A stretch of 64,000 nucleotides of DNA from Thermodesulfovibrionales bacterium (GTDB lineage Bacteria; Nitrospirota; Thermodesulfovibrionia; Thermodesulfovibrionales; SM23-35), in assembly GCA_030019415.1 (NCBI GenBank), contig JASEEX010000003.1, positions 6,583-70,582 on the forward strand. Direction: 5' to 3'. The first letter of the stretch is position 1, and the number at the start of each line of letters is the position of its first letter. Made by a program: the position numbers and the translations under genes. Below the pieces are notes generated by a model, which saw only the letters and a list, made by a program, of their open reading frames with translations, did not search any database and was not told the DNA's origin. Positions 45,765 through 58,641 of this stretch are shown here, one piece after another.

Positions 45765-47048
45765 CTTTTGTTTTTTAACCTTTACCTTTAACCCTGAGAC
45801 GGCCTCAACAATTACCCTCTCACCTTTTGATATAGGTTCATCAGAATATGCTATCCATCGTTCACCATGTAATAATACCATACCTCCATCTCTTGTTATA
45901 TCAGTATTTGCAATCCCCTCCTCTCCTATGAGGCCCTCTGACCCGGTAACAGGCTTTCTCCTATAAGCCCTGAATGCAAGGCCGAGTGTTACAGTGAAGA
46001 ATATAGCGGTTATGATAGTAGCAGGGAGAATAGTATATAGCGATAGTTTCATGAAAGGTGCCGGGGATTCAAAGAGCATCAGTGAGCCTATAATCATAGA
46101 GATTACTCCTCCAATAGTGAGAACCCCATGGGATACAATCTTTACCTCGAGAACGAAGAGGATGATGGCGAGGATAATCAGCAAAAGTCCTGCATAATTT
46201 ACAGGCAGCATCTGGAATGCATAAAAGGCAAGGATTAGACAGATTCCTCCCGTTACCCCGGGGAAGATTGAACCGGGGTTCGTGAGTTCAAAGAAAAGGC
46301 CATAGAAGCCGAGGAGCATGAGTATATATGCGATATTCGGGTCTGAGATGAGATTGAGTATCCTTTGTCTGAAACCCATTTCCTCTCTAATAACATTTGC
46401 CTTTACTGTCTTCAGGACCTTTTCTCCAATAATCGCCCTGACCTTTCTGCCATCTATGTCTGAAAGAAGGGTATTCAGGTCTTTGCTCACGATGTCTATA
46501 ACGTTCAGCTTTAATGCCTCTTCCTCTGTTGCAGAGATACTCTTCCTGACGGCGTCTTCAGCCCATTTCGCATTCCTGCCACTTCTCTCCGCAAGGGATT
46601 TTATATAAGCTGCTGCATCATGCGTCGCTTTCTCAGCCATCACCTTATCCATCTTTTCTCCAATACCTACTGGATGGGCTGCTCCGATATTTGTACCTGG
46701 TGCCATGGCTGCAATATGGGCAGCCAGTGTTATAAATGTACCTGCAGAGGCTGCCCTGCTGCCGCTCGGTGAGACAAAGACGACAACAGGTACTTCACTT
46801 CCGATGATATCCTTCACAATACGTCTCATAGATGTATCAAGTCCTCCCGGGGTATCCAGCTCGATTATTAATGCCTCAACCTTCCTCTCATTTGCAATTT
46901 TTATACTCTTGCCTATATATTCTGCTGCCACAGGGTTTATAACACCGTTTATGGTTATAACCATAACATCTCTTTTTGGTTCTTCAGAAAAGGCAATAGA
47001 GGGATATAAAAGGGTAAGAAAAATTAGGGATATAATCTTAAGCAACAT
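45762..47048 (-). CDS. NfeD-family membrane-bound ClpP-class serine protease
   Basis: Signal peptide, a ClpP-like domain (INGVINP…DTPGG…SAG), 4-5 TM segments and a C-terminal OB-like NfeD domain. Classic partner of the downstream SPFH gene. Confidence 0.85.
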   Translation of the reverse strand: MLLKIISLIFLTLLYPSIAFSEEPKRDVMVITINGVINPVAAEYIGKSIKIANERKVEALIIELDTPGGLDTSMRRIVKDIIGSEVPVVVFVSPSGSRAASAGTFITLAAHIAAMAPGTNIGAAHPVGIGEKMDKVMAEKATHDAAAYIKSLAERSGRNAKWAEDAVRKSISATEEEALKLNVIDIVSKDLNTLLSDIDGRKVRAIIGEKVLKTVKANVIREEMGFRQRILNLISDPNIAYILMLLGFYGLFFELTNPGSIFPGVTGGICLILAFYAFQMLPVNYAGLLLIILAIILFVLEVKIVSHGVLTIGGVISMIIGSLMLFESPAPFMKLSLYTILPATIITAIFFTVTLGLAFRAYRRKPVTGSEGLIGEEGIANTDITRDGGMVLLHGERWIAYSDEPISKGERVIVEAVSGLKVKVKKQK

Positions 47049-47116
47049 GCCTTTATTATAGGAGATGGTATAAAATTATAGCCTTTAATATGAATAAATT
47101 GCAATAAGGAGGGAAA

Positions 47117-48886
47117 TTAAAATAACCCTTTCACCTTTCCTGTCTCTGTATCCACATCAATGCGGCGATAAGCAGGATCAGAGGACGTCCCTGGCATAAG
47201 GCTTATAGCCCCAGCTACAGGAACCACAAAGCCTGCCCCACCATAAAAAAGTACATCCCTTATTGGTAGAAACCACCCCTTCGGCACACCTTTGGCTGCA
47301 GGGTCATGGGATAGGCTGAGATGGGTCTTGACCATGCAGGTAGCTATCTTTTCCATCGCAGGGTCTTTTTCGATCCTTTCGGCCTTTGCAGACGCCTCAG
47401 GTGTTGTATAGATAACCCCATCTGCACCATACACCTCTTTTGCGATTAGTTCAATCCGTTCTCTGAGAGGAGTTTTAAGGTCATAGAGGAACCTAAAATT
47501 GTTTTTTTCCTTGCATGCATCAATCACCGCATCAGCTAATTCAAGGGCACCATCTCCACCTCTTAGCCAGTGCTCTGATACAGCAACCCTTGCGCCAGCC
47601 TCCTCAGCAATACGCCTTACAAGCCTAATCTCATCCTTAGTGTCTGTATGGAAGGCATTGATGCATACAACAGGATTGATACCCGCCTTCTTTACTGTAT
47701 TTATATGATGGATCATGTTTTCGCATCCCTTCTCTACGAGGGGGAGATTTTCTTTTTTATATTCTTCTGGAAGTGGTATGCCTGGAACAACCTTTGATCC
47801 TCCGCCATGCATCTTGAGTGCCCTTATTGTTGCAACAACGACCGAACAATGAGGAGTAAGACCACTATACCGGCACTTAATATTCCAGAACTTCTCGAAT
47901 CCGATGTCTGCACCAAACCCGGACTCTGTTACATGGTAGTCTGATAGTTTTAAGGCAACCCGGTCAGCAACAATAGAAGACTGCCCCACAGCTATATTGG
48001 CAAATGGGCCAGCATGCACAAATACAGGCTGGCCTTCAAGACTCTGGAGTAGGTTCGGGTTAATAGCCTCACGCATCCATGCCGCCATGGCTCCTGCTAC
48101 ATCGAGGTCCTCGGTCGTAATAGGCCTGCCTGTCTTATCGTAAGCAACTACTATCTTGCCCATTCGCTCGCGGAAATCCTTCAGGTCAGTAAAAATTGAG
48201 AGTATAGCCATAACCTCTGAAGATACAGCTATACCGAATTTTGACTCCATCATGAAGCCATCCATCTTGCCGCTACCAATGCCGATTACAATCCGGCGAA
48301 GGGCCTGGGCGCAGAAATCTATGATCCATCCCATCTCCACATTCCGGGGGTCTATATTTAGACGTTTAAGATTTCGCTTGGCAAGTTGCTCATCTGTATA
48401 ATTGTACTCATGCTGCATCCTTGCTGTGAGTGCAACCATGGCAAGGTTGTGTGCGTTCATTACTGCATTAATGTCACCTGTAAGCCCCAAGGAGAAGTCA
48501 GTTAACGGAATACATTGGGCAAGACCCCCTCCAGCAGCGCTTCCCTTAATATTCATTGTGGGCCCCCCGGAGGGCTGACGTATCGCCGCTGTAACTACCT
48601 TACCACGCTTGCCCATACCTTCAACAAGCCCCATGGTTGTCGTGGATTTACCCTCTCCGAGGGGTGTTGGTGTGATGGCAGTCACCTCGATGTACTTACC
48701 ATCAGGCCTGTCTTTAAGACGTTCCAAAACCTTGGCAAAGCCCACCTTACCAACATAGTGTCCATGGGGAAGAAGCTCTTCCTTCTCAAGCCCAAGCTCC
48801 TCACCCAACTGGTACACAGTCTTCATATGCGCCTCTGCTGCTTCTGCAATCTCCCAGTCTGCATATTTTGTTGGATCAAGCGGCAT
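47117..48886 (-). CDS. fhs: Formate-tetrahydrofolate ligase
   Basis: 589 aa with [12 protein letters not shown], and the length and overall pattern of FTHFS. Confidence 0.95.
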   Translation of the reverse strand: MPLDPTKYADWEIAEAAEAHMKTVYQLGEELGLEKEELLPHGHYVGKVGFAKVLERLKDRPDGKYIEVTAITPTPLGEGKSTTTMGLVEGMGKRGKVVTAAIRQPSGGPTMNIKGSAAGGGLAQCIPLTDFSLGLTGDINAVMNAHNLAMVALTARMQHEYNYTDEQLAKRNLKRLNIDPRNVEMGWIIDFCAQALRRIVIGIGSGKMDGFMMESKFGIAVSSEVMAILSIFTDLKDFRERMGKIVVAYDKTGRPITTEDLDVAGAMAAWMREAINPNLLQSLEGQPVFVHAGPFANIAVGQSSIVADRVALKLSDYHVTESGFGADIGFEKFWNIKCRYSGLTPHCSVVVATIRALKMHGGGSKVVPGIPLPEEYKKENLPLVEKGCENMIHHINTVKKAGINPVVCINAFHTDTKDEIRLVRRIAEEAGARVAVSEHWLRGGDGALELADAVIDACKEKNNFRFLYDLKTPLRERIELIAKEVYGADGVIYTTPEASAKAERIEKDPAMEKIATCMVKTHLSLSHDPAAKGVPKGWFLPIRDVLFYGGAGFVVPVAGAISLMPGTSSDPAYRRIDVDTETGKVKGLF

Positions 48887-48913
48887 CTTAAAAACCCCCT
48901 TCTTTTAAAAAGT

Positions 48914-48976
48914 CATTAGTTGTCAGTTATTAGTTATTAGCAAAAATTAAAAACTTATAACTTATAACTTATAACG
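48914..48976. repeat. Heptamer tandem array (…TGTCAGT TATTAGT TATTAGC … TATAACT TATAACT TATAACG)
   Basis: 63 nt in 7-nt register. Contains TCAGTTATTAGT (48923-48934), repeated directly at 49477-49488. Confidence 0.8.
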
Positions 48977-48979
48977 GTC

Positions 48980-49435
48980 TTAGTAGCTTATCAATGCACT
49001 GAGGAATTTATCAGTCGTGCGCCTGAGCTTTTTGCTCATCTCAATAGCAATTTTTCTAATAATGTAACATGCAAGTTTTACATCTTCTTCCATCAATCTT
49101 TCAAAGTCTTTTTTTGGAATAAGGAAGAGTTCTACGTCTTCAACCGCTATGGCACTCGCGACGTGTTTTCTCCTCTCAAGAATAGACAACTCTCCGAAGA
49201 AGTCTCCTGGGGTTACGACAGCGAGGGTCTGTCTCCAGCCGTCAGCGGTGACCCTGGAGATTTCAATCTTACCCGAATGCAGAAGATATACTCCACCCGT
49301 TTCATCTTTTTCTTTAAACAGGTATTCCCCTTTTTTAAGGGGCACTTTTTTAATGATTCTGGAAAGCTTCTCAAGCCCTTCACTGTCAATGTCACTCAAT
49401 AAAACCTGTTGTTTTAATAAATCTGCCTGAATCAT
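48980..49435 (-). CDS. Stand-alone cyclic-nucleotide-binding domain protein (no HTH)
   Basis: 151 aa with the cNMP-binding fold signature GDFFGELS…R.ASA. Confidence 0.8.
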   Translation of the reverse strand: MIQADLLKQQVLLSDIDSEGLEKLSRIIKKVPLKKGEYLFKEKDETGGVYLLHSGKIEISRVTADGWRQTLAVVTPGDFFGELSILERRKHVASAIAVEDVELFLIPKKDFERLMEEDVKLACYIIRKIAIEMSKKLRRTTDKFLSALISY

Positions 49436-49458
49436 GTGTAATACCTCCTCCTATAAAA

Positions 49459-49507
49459 GTTTTTAGTTTTTGGTTATCAGTTATTAGTCTAAAAACTAAT
49501 AACTTTA
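49459..49507. repeat. Heptamer tandem array (GTTTTTA GTTTTTG GTTATCA GTTATTA GTCTAAA AACTAAT AACTTTA)
   Basis: Seven 7-nt units, followed by the palindrome TTGGTCATT-TGCAAT-AATGACCAA at 49514-49537. Confidence 0.8.
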
Positions 49508-49540
49508 TTATATTGGTCATTTGCAATAATGACCAATGAC

Positions 49541-52303
<2,763 letters not shown>

Positions 52304-52367
52304 ATCCCTTAAAAATCAAAAATTAAAAGTGCAAAATTGCAATTCAAAATTCAAGAATACTGCCCCA

Positions 52368-52395
52368 ATTTTACATTTTACATTTTAGATTTTAT
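52368..52395. repeat. Heptamer tandem array (ATTTTAC ATTTTAC ATTTTAG ATTTTAT)
   Basis: Four units spanning the nuoF-like stop codon. A looser array AAATTGC AATTCAA AATTCAA is at 52334-52354. Confidence 0.8.
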
Positions 52396-54163
52396 TTACT
52401 GCCTTAAATTTACATACATCAAAACATGTTCCACATTTTACACATAGCTCAGGAGCAATTTTGTGTATCTTTTTCCGTCTGCCTGTAATCGCACCAGCCG
52501 GGCATTCCCTTTTGCATGCCCCACAACCAGTACAGAGCTCTTCAAGGATAGAGTATGTGATTAAGTCTTTGCATACGGCAGCAGGACATTTCTTATCTTT
52601 GATATGTGCCTCATATTCATCTTTAAAGTACCTGATAGTACTTAGTACAGGGTTAGGAGCGGTCATGCCCAATCCGCATAATGAACTTGTTTTTACATCC
52701 TGGCCGAGTTCCTCAAGAAGTTCTATGTCTCCTTCCCTGCCCTTTCCTGATGTAATCCTATCTAATATTTCAAGCATTCTCTTTGTCCCGACCCTACATG
52801 GTATGCATTTGCCGCAGGACTCTGCCTGGGTGAACTCGAGGAAGAACTTTGCTGTATTAACCATGCAGTCTGTTTCATCGAGGACGACCATACCGCCTGA
52901 ACCCATTATCGAGCCTACCTGTGCAAGGGATTCATAATCTACTTCTAAATCAAGAAACTTTGCCGGAATGCAGCCCCCTGATGGACCTCCTGTCTGCACC
53001 GCCTTAAATATTCTATCACCTTCAATCCCGCCACCGATGTCATAGATTATTTCTTTTAAAGTAATGCCTAAGGGTACCTCGATCAGGCCCGTATTTTTTA
53101 CTTTTCCTGTGAGTGCGAATACCTTTGTGCCTTTACTCTTTTCAGTACCAAATGAGGAAAACCATGCGGCGCCCTTTGTGATGATATACGGAACGTTCGC
53201 AAGTGTTTCAACGTTATTGATAACTGTAGGCTTACCCCAAAGCCCGCTATCTACAGGAAAAGGAGGCCTTGCCCTTGGCATACCACGTTTACCTTCTACT
53301 GATGCAATCAGTGCCGTTTCTTCACCACATACAAAGGCCCCTGCACCTAACTTAATCTCTACATCGAAATTAAACCCCTTGTCAAAAATGTTTTTGCCGA
53401 TGAATCCTTTCTCTCTTGCCTGATCGAGTGCTATCTTCAGCCTCTCTACTGCGAGGGGATATTCGGCCCTGATGTAAACATAGCCTTTGTCAGCCCCAAT
53501 AGCATAAGCACCGATAATCATCCCCTCTATTACCGAGTGGGGATTTCCTTCAAGAACAGACCTATCCATGAATGCCCCGGGGTCTCCTTCATCAGCGTTG
53601 CAAATAATGTATTTCTGTCCGGGTTTTTTTCTTCTGCAGATTTCCCATTTGAGGCCTGTTGGAAATCCAGCACCCCCCCTTCCTCTAAGGTCAGAGTTTT
53701 TTATAACCTCTATCGTCTCTTCAGGGGTCATTGAGGTAAAAACTTTTTTTACAGCATCATAACCACCAACTGCTATATATACATCAATATCTTCAGGATC
53801 TATCTCACCGCAGTTAAAGAGTATCACCTTTACCTGTCTTTTGTGGAAGTTGTAATAATCTTCTCCAACAGACCATTCTCTGACAGGATTACCCTCTATA
53901 ATATGTTCTTTGACAATCCTCGGGACCATATCTGGTTTTACATACTCGTAGGTTGTCTTGTCACCGTTTATAATTACATCAACAAGTACATCTTTTGCAC
54001 ATAGTCCAAGGCATCCTACCTTATGCAGGAAGCATCGATCCCCTATCGCTGCTTTTATGCCTTCTGTGTTAAACTCATCTTTAAATGCCTTAATAACATC
54101 AGCACCACCTGTAGCAATGCCTCCTGGCCCCATACAGACTTTTACCTTTATATCAGCCTTCAT
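52385..54163 (-). CDS. NuoF/HydB-like NAD(P)H-binding flavoprotein subunit with ferredoxin-like C-terminus
   Basis: GRGGAGFPTGLKW, an FMN/NADH site, SCGKC.PCR and two C-terminal CxxCxxCxxxC motifs. Start set at MKADIKVKV. Confidence 0.9.
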   Translation of the reverse strand: MKADIKVKVCMGPGGIATGGADVIKAFKDEFNTEGIKAAIGDRCFLHKVGCLGLCAKDVLVDVIINGDKTTYEYVKPDMVPRIVKEHIIEGNPVREWSVGEDYYNFHKRQVKVILFNCGEIDPEDIDVYIAVGGYDAVKKVFTSMTPEETIEVIKNSDLRGRGGAGFPTGLKWEICRRKKPGQKYIICNADEGDPGAFMDRSVLEGNPHSVIEGMIIGAYAIGADKGYVYIRAEYPLAVERLKIALDQAREKGFIGKNIFDKGFNFDVEIKLGAGAFVCGEETALIASVEGKRGMPRARPPFPVDSGLWGKPTVINNVETLANVPYIITKGAAWFSSFGTEKSKGTKVFALTGKVKNTGLIEVPLGITLKEIIYDIGGGIEGDRIFKAVQTGGPSGGCIPAKFLDLEVDYESLAQVGSIMGSGGMVVLDETDCMVNTAKFFLEFTQAESCGKCIPCRVGTKRMLEILDRITSGKGREGDIELLEELGQDVKTSSLCGLGMTAPNPVLSTIRYFKDEYEAHIKDKKCPAAVCKDLITYSILEELCTGCGACKRECPAGAITGRRKKIHKIAPELCVKCGTCFDVCKFKAVNKI

Positions 54164-54635
54164 TATTATCACCTGTCTTTTTTCCTTCAAGTTTCTTTAT
54201 TTCTCTTGTAAGTTTATCAGCCGTCATTTTGCCGCAAACCTTCTTGTTAATGATAGCAACAGGAGCCATACTGCATGTCCCTACACATGCAACCTTTTCA
54301 ACGGTGAACTCCCTGTTATAGGTTGTATCTTCTTCATCAGGAAGGTTAAATTTTTTTCTCAGGGTATTGATTAGCCTTTCAGACCCTTTTACATGGCAGG
54401 CGGTACCGCGACAGACTGTGATTATATTTTTACCTCTCGGTTTCAGATGAAACTGGGCATAAAATGTTGCGATGCTATAAAAACGACTTGCGGGAATATC
54501 AAGTTTTTTCGAAAACCAGTTTACTGCTTCTTCAGGGATATAACCGAAGGTGTTCTCTATGTCTTGAAGGATGGTTATTATGTTTCCTTCATTTTTTCTG
54601 TAATTTGTTAATATTCCCTCGAGAGCTTCTTCCAT
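54153..54635 (-). CDS. NuoE/HndA-like thioredoxin-fold 2Fe-2S subunit
   Basis: 160 aa with CRGTACHVKG…CVGTCSMAP. Confidence 0.9.
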   Translation of the reverse strand: MEEALEGILTNYRKNEGNIITILQDIENTFGYIPEEAVNWFSKKLDIPASRFYSIATFYAQFHLKPRGKNIITVCRGTACHVKGSERLINTLRKKFNLPDEEDTTYNREFTVEKVACVGTCSMAPVAIINKKVCGKMTADKLTREIKKLEGKKTGDNNEG

Positions 54636-54670
54636 TATAGGCTCTATTTTTCATGAGTATGGACGTGCAA

Positions 54671-54698
54671 ATTAGCATAATAAAATAAACCATGTCAA
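54671..54698 (-). promoter_or_regulatory. Candidate promoter for the nuoE-like/nuoF-like/fdhA operon (TTGACA-16-GCTAAT)
   Basis: Perfect -35 (minus strand, 54698-54693) and a 4/6 -10, about 35 nt upstream of the ATG at 54635. Confidence 0.4.
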
Positions 54699-54706
54699 GG
54701 TCAGGA

Positions 54707-54736
54707 TTGAGAAACAGGAGGGGCATGTTTTATAAT
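54707..54736 (+). promoter_or_regulatory. Candidate promoter for the surA-like gene (TTGAGA-18-TATAAT)
   Basis: Perfect -10 at 54731-54736 and a 5/6 -35, 30 nt upstream of the ATG at 54766. Confidence 0.45.
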
Positions 54737-54765
54737 CCAATGAAAAAATAAGAAAAGGGTTTGCC

Positions 54766-55719
54766 ATGTTCAGGTTCAATAAAGTCATTATAGTGTTGTT
54801 CCTCTGTATGCTCCCGGTTACATCTCATGCTGCTATTCTCCTTGACCGTGTCGTTGCAGTAGTTAATAAGGAAGTCATAACATGGAGCGAGCTTTACAAG
54901 GTAATGGAATTTGAGGCAACAGAGCAGATTAAGACCTTGAGTGAAGAGGAACGAATGAAAATATTTAAAGATACTGAGGCTGCCTTCCTTGAAACACTTA
55001 TCGATATAAGACTCCAGCTCCAAGAGGCCAAAAGGCTGGGGCTTGAGGTTACCTTAGAAGAGGTGGCAGAGACTATAGAAAATATTAAAAAGAAGTATTC
55101 CATGACACATACCGATTTTAGAGAGTCTGTCCAGAGGGAAGGATTTACCCTCGAGGAATACAAGAAAAGACTTTCCGAACAGATACTGATAAATAAGGTA
55201 GTCAACCATCAGATAAGAAACAAGATTGTTGTGTCTGATGCTGAAGTTAAAAGACACATGGAAGCAAATAGGGAAATCTTCAGCGGCGAAACATATAGAC
55301 TAAGTCTGATATTCTTTAAGAAACCAGAAGGTAATGGGGATAAAAAGGCTATAGAGGAGAGGGCCTTACTGGTCATCCAGAAACTGAAGGGAGGCGAGGA
55401 TTTCTCTGCATTAGCAAGGATGTATTCTGAGGACCCTTCAGGAAGGCTGGGTGGTGACCTCGGTTTTATCAATAAAGACCTTATGGCAAAGGAATTTGTT
55501 GAGGTTCTCTCCGGCATAAAGGTAGGAGATTTCAGCATGCCCTTCTGGACCGAGAGGGGGCTTCATATTATAAAGCTTGATGAAAAGGTCCCTGCACAGA
55601 ATATAGATAAGGTAAAAGAGGATGTTCGGAGGCAATTAGCAGAGGACCAGTTTTTAGAGAGATACAAAAGCTGGATTAAAGGCTTAAGGGAAAAGGCTTA
55701 CATAGAAATACGTTTATAA
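54766..55719 (+). CDS. SurA-like periplasmic chaperone / parvulin-type peptidyl-prolyl isomerase
   Basis: Signal peptide, a SurA_N-like helical domain and a single PpiC domain (GGDLGF…F…G.HIIK). Confidence 0.8.
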   Translation: MFRFNKVIIVLFLCMLPVTSHAAILLDRVVAVVNKEVITWSELYKVMEFEATEQIKTLSEEERMKIFKDTEAAFLETLIDIRLQLQEAKRLGLEVTLEEVAETIENIKKKYSMTHTDFRESVQREGFTLEEYKKRLSEQILINKVVNHQIRNKIVVSDAEVKRHMEANREIFSGETYRLSLIFFKKPEGNGDKKAIEERALLVIQKLKGGEDFSALARMYSEDPSGRLGGDLGFINKDLMAKEFVEVLSGIKVGDFSMPFWTERGLHIIKLDEKVPAQNIDKVKEDVRRQLAEDQFLERYKSWIKGLREKAYIEIRL

Positions 55720-55727
55720 GGTACGCA

Positions 55728-56387
55728 ATGTCAATTCTAAGAATTGGTGTGCTTGCATCAGGAAGGGGTTCGAACTTTCAGTCAATCATAGACGAGATAG
55801 AGTCTAAAAGGCTGGAAGCTGAGATAGCTTTATTGATAACTGACAATCCTTCAGCCTTTGCTACAGAGAGGGCAAAGAAACATGGCATTGAATATCTTGT
55901 GATAAGGCCAAAAGAATATAGTTCAAGGGATGATTTTTTTGCAAAGATTGCTGAGGAACTGAAGAAAAGGGATGTTGGGTTGGTTGTTTTAGCTGGTTTT
56001 ATGAGGATTGTAGGGAAACCCCTGATAGATGCATTCCCCAACAGAATGATGAATATCCATCCTGCTCTCCTGCCAGCCTTCCCTGGATTACACGGCCAGA
56101 GGCAGGCCCTTGAATATGGTGTAAAGATCTCCGGATGTACTGTCCATTTTGTGGATGAAGGCATGGATACAGGCCCTATAATAATACAGGCCGCGGTTCC
56201 GGTATTTCAGGATGATACAGAAGAGAGCCTTTCTGAGAGGATACTCAGATGCGAACATAAGATATATCCTGAGGCTATAAAGTTATTTTCAGAAGGAAAA
56301 ATAAAAGTAGAGGGTCGGATGGTCAGGATTAAGGGATATACTCCCTTTGATACCCATATTGTAAATCCTACTATAAAGGAAAGGTAA
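55728..56387 (+). CDS. purN: Phosphoribosylglycinamide formyltransferase
   Basis: LASGRGSNFQ, LAGFMRI, NIHPALLP and HFVDEGMDTGPII. Confidence 0.95.
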   Translation: MSILRIGVLASGRGSNFQSIIDEIESKRLEAEIALLITDNPSAFATERAKKHGIEYLVIRPKEYSSRDDFFAKIAEELKKRDVGLVVLAGFMRIVGKPLIDAFPNRMMNIHPALLPAFPGLHGQRQALEYGVKISGCTVHFVDEGMDTGPIIIQAAVPVFQDDTEESLSERILRCEHKIYPEAIKLFSEGKIKVEGRMVRIKGYTPFDTHIVNPTIKER

Positions 56388-56983
56388 TGAGGATTTCAGG
56401 AGGTCTCGCAAAGGGAAGACGGACAGCCACGAAAAGGCTCTTTTCTGGGGCATCAGGGGATGAGAAGCTGAGACCTACCCCTTCAAAAGTCAGAGAGGCA
56501 ATATTTGACATAATAAGGGATAGAATTGAAGGGGCAAGCTTTGTTGATCTCTATGCCGGCACAGGCACAGTTGGGCTTGAGGCATTGTCAAGAGGTGCGG
56601 GCAGAGCCGTCTTTGTAGAACCGAACATGTTAAGGGCCAGGGCCATTAAAGAAAATGCTGTTAAATTCGGTTTTCGCAAAAAGGCAATAGTGGTGGATGG
56701 AGAGGCATACGAATTCCTTAAAAGGGCTTCTGCTGAAAAGAAGAGGTTCGATATCTTTTTCCTTGATCCCCCCTATTTTTCAGAGGAGATAATGAAGACC
56801 CTCCCTATGATTGAAGAAAAGAGACTTTTAAATGATGGAGGCACAGTAATAGTAGAGCATTTCTTCAAAAGGAAACTACCTGAAACAGTAGGTGAATTAA
56901 AGATGATCAGAAGCTACAGATATGGCGATACAATGCTAACGATTTACAGAAAGAAGGAAGAGACTGGAGAAAAAGGAGGTTGA
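56387..56983 (+). CDS. rsmD: 16S rRNA (guanine966-N2)-methyltransferase
   Basis: [19 protein letters not shown] and FLDPPY. Confidence 0.9.
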   Translation: MRISGGLAKGRRTATKRLFSGASGDEKLRPTPSKVREAIFDIIRDRIEGASFVDLYAGTGTVGLEALSRGAGRAVFVEPNMLRARAIKENAVKFGFRKKAIVVDGEAYEFLKRASAEKKRFDIFFLDPPYFSEEIMKTLPMIEEKRLLNDGGTVIVEHFFKRKLPETVGELKMIRSYRYGDTMLTIYRKKEETGEKGG

Positions 56984-56984
56984 A

Positions 56985-57485
56985 GTGAATAAGATAGCAA
57001 TCTATCCAGGGACATTTGACCCCTTCACTGCTGCGCATTTAGACAGCGTAAAAAGAGCCCTGCGGATATTTGATAAAGTAATAATAGCAGTTGCACCGAG
57101 TCAGAAAAAAAGACCCCTTTTTACTCTTGAAGAGAGACTCACTATGATTAAGAAATCCGTAGAGGAACTTGATAATGTCAGGGTTGAGGCATTCAGTGGC
57201 CTGCTTGCAGATTATGTAAGGGAGAAGAAAGGTATTGCCATCATCAGGGGCTTAAGGGCTATTTCTGATTTTGAGTATGAGCTCCATATGGCCCTTATGA
57301 ACAGGAGGCTTAATCCAGAGATCGAGACAGTCTTTCTGATGCCGAGCGAGGAATATAGCTTTCTGACCTCTACTACGGTAAAGGAAGTCGCATCCTTTGG
57401 TGGCTCTGTGAAGGGCCTGGTCCCGGAGGTGATTGAAAAGGCACTTAGGGAAAAATTTAAGATTATTGAAGATATAGTGGAATGA
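56985..57485 (+). CDS. coaD: Pantetheine-phosphate adenylyltransferase
   Basis: GTG start. [28 protein letters not shown] and SSTTVKEV. Confidence 0.95.
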   Translation: MNKIAIYPGTFDPFTAAHLDSVKRALRIFDKVIIAVAPSQKKRPLFTLEERLTMIKKSVEELDNVRVEAFSGLLADYVREKKGIAIIRGLRAISDFEYELHMALMNRRLNPEIETVFLMPSEEYSFLTSTTVKEVASFGGSVKGLVPEVIEKALREKFKIIEDIVE

Positions 57486-57486
57486 C

Positions 57487-57600
57487 TTTAAATCCTAATT
57501 CCGAAATCCGAAATTCTAAACAATACCAAATGACCAAAATTCAAAACAGTTTTGAACATTTGGACTTCGAATTTGTTTAGGATTTAGTATTTTACAGTTT
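57487..57600. repeat. ~110-nt fold-back repeat, copy B
   Basis: CCGAAATTCTAAACA…CAAATGACCAAAATTCAAAACAGTTTTGAACATTTGGACTTCGAATTTGTTTAGGATTT. Terminal AAATCCTAA / TTAGGATTT inverted repeats. Fills the coaD-pncA spacer. Confidence 0.8.
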
Positions 57601-57617
57601 TAAGGAAAGGTGGGGTT

Positions 57618-58142
57618 GTGGCTAAGGAGGTCCTTTTAATTATTGATATGCTTAATGACTTTGTTCTAAAAGATGCGCCGCTCGAGGTGCCTGAGACAAG
57701 GAAGGTAATACCAAACATAAAAAGAGAAATAAAGAAGGCACGGGCTGAAGGTACACCTATTATTTATATCTGTGATACCCACGCACCAGATGATAAGGAA
57801 TTTTCTAAGTTCGGCTGGCCTCCCCATGCTGTGAAAGGCACAAGAGGCGCTGAAGTGGTTGATGAACTCAAGCCTCAGGAGGGTGATATTGTGGTAGAAA
57901 AGACTACATATTCAGGATTTTATAACACAAACCTCTATGAAACCCTAAAAAGGCTCGGAATAGATAGCCTGAGGCTTACAGGATGTGTTACCCACATATG
58001 TGTAATGTTTACTGCATCGGATGCAGTATTGAGGGATTACAAGGTCACCGTTGTTGGGGACTCAGTAGCCGGCCTTTCAAAGGAAGACCACGATGCAGCG
58101 TTAAGGATTATGAAGAATGTGCTCGGGGTGAGAATAATGTGA
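57618..58142 (+). CDS. pncA: Isochorismatase-fold nicotinamidase
   Basis: LLIIDMLNDF, CDTHAPDD…WPPHAVKGTRGAE (metal site and WPxH pattern) and catalytic Cys in LTGCVTHICV. GTG start. Confidence 0.75.
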   Translation: MAKEVLLIIDMLNDFVLKDAPLEVPETRKVIPNIKREIKKARAEGTPIIYICDTHAPDDKEFSKFGWPPHAVKGTRGAEVVDELKPQEGDIVVEKTTYSGFYNTNLYETLKRLGIDSLRLTGCVTHICVMFTASDAVLRDYKVTVVGDSVAGLSKEDHDAALRIMKNVLGVRIM

Positions 58143-58611
58143 ACCTGCCAAAGAAAAAGGTACATGTGTTCATTATCTCAGACGCAACAGGGATAACAGC
58201 TGAGATGGTAATCAGTGCGGTTCTGGTACAATTCAGAGAGATAGAACCAATCTTCAAGAAATTTCCTTATATCAAGACTAAGGAACAGATAAAGGCGATC
58301 CTGACTCAGGCTGAGGCGGTGCAGGGTATCGTCATTTACTCCCTGGTCTCACAGGAGCTCAGCGAAGGGTCTTTGGCCTGATAATTAATATCGAGAGCCT
58401 CGTAAAGTTCAGAGAGGCGAGACTGGAGCAATTGGGTCTTGCCCCTTATGCCAAATATGCTGATCCTGTCCAGGCAGACGAGATCGAGTGGTGCAAGGAA
58501 TATCTTAAACAGAACCCTCGCTGGCGGGTTATGGATGTCTCCAACAAGGCCATTGAAGAAGTGGCTGCATGCATCGTGAATGCTTACCGTACTGGTAGAA
58601 AGCCCACTTAA
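58139..58611 (+). pseudogene. ppsR: PpsR/PDRP kinase-pyrophosphorylase (DUF299) with internal deletion and frame change
   Basis: The N-terminus HVFIISDATGITAEMVISAVLVQF… ends at the TGA at 58379-58381. The C-terminus (IESLVKFREARLEQ…YADPVQADEIEW…WRVMDVSNKAIEEVAACIV) resumes in another frame at 58390-58611. The central P-loop region (about 115 aa) is absent. Confidence 0.7.
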
Positions 58612-58641
58612 CTAATATAAACGCATGAATCCCCCCTCACC

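Noticed and set aside
48887-48979. ZTP/THF riboswitch upstream of fhs and purN, a Moco riboswitch upstream of moeA or the fdh operon, and an NAD+ riboswitch upstream of pncB (60100-60248).
   Set aside because: I could not find the conserved cores as I remember them (for example the GGGUCGUG…CCGCCUGGGCA-type ZTP core, or a nadA-like CAACA-CCCC core). The spacers are too short or are filled by heptamer arrays. This should still be checked with Rfam.
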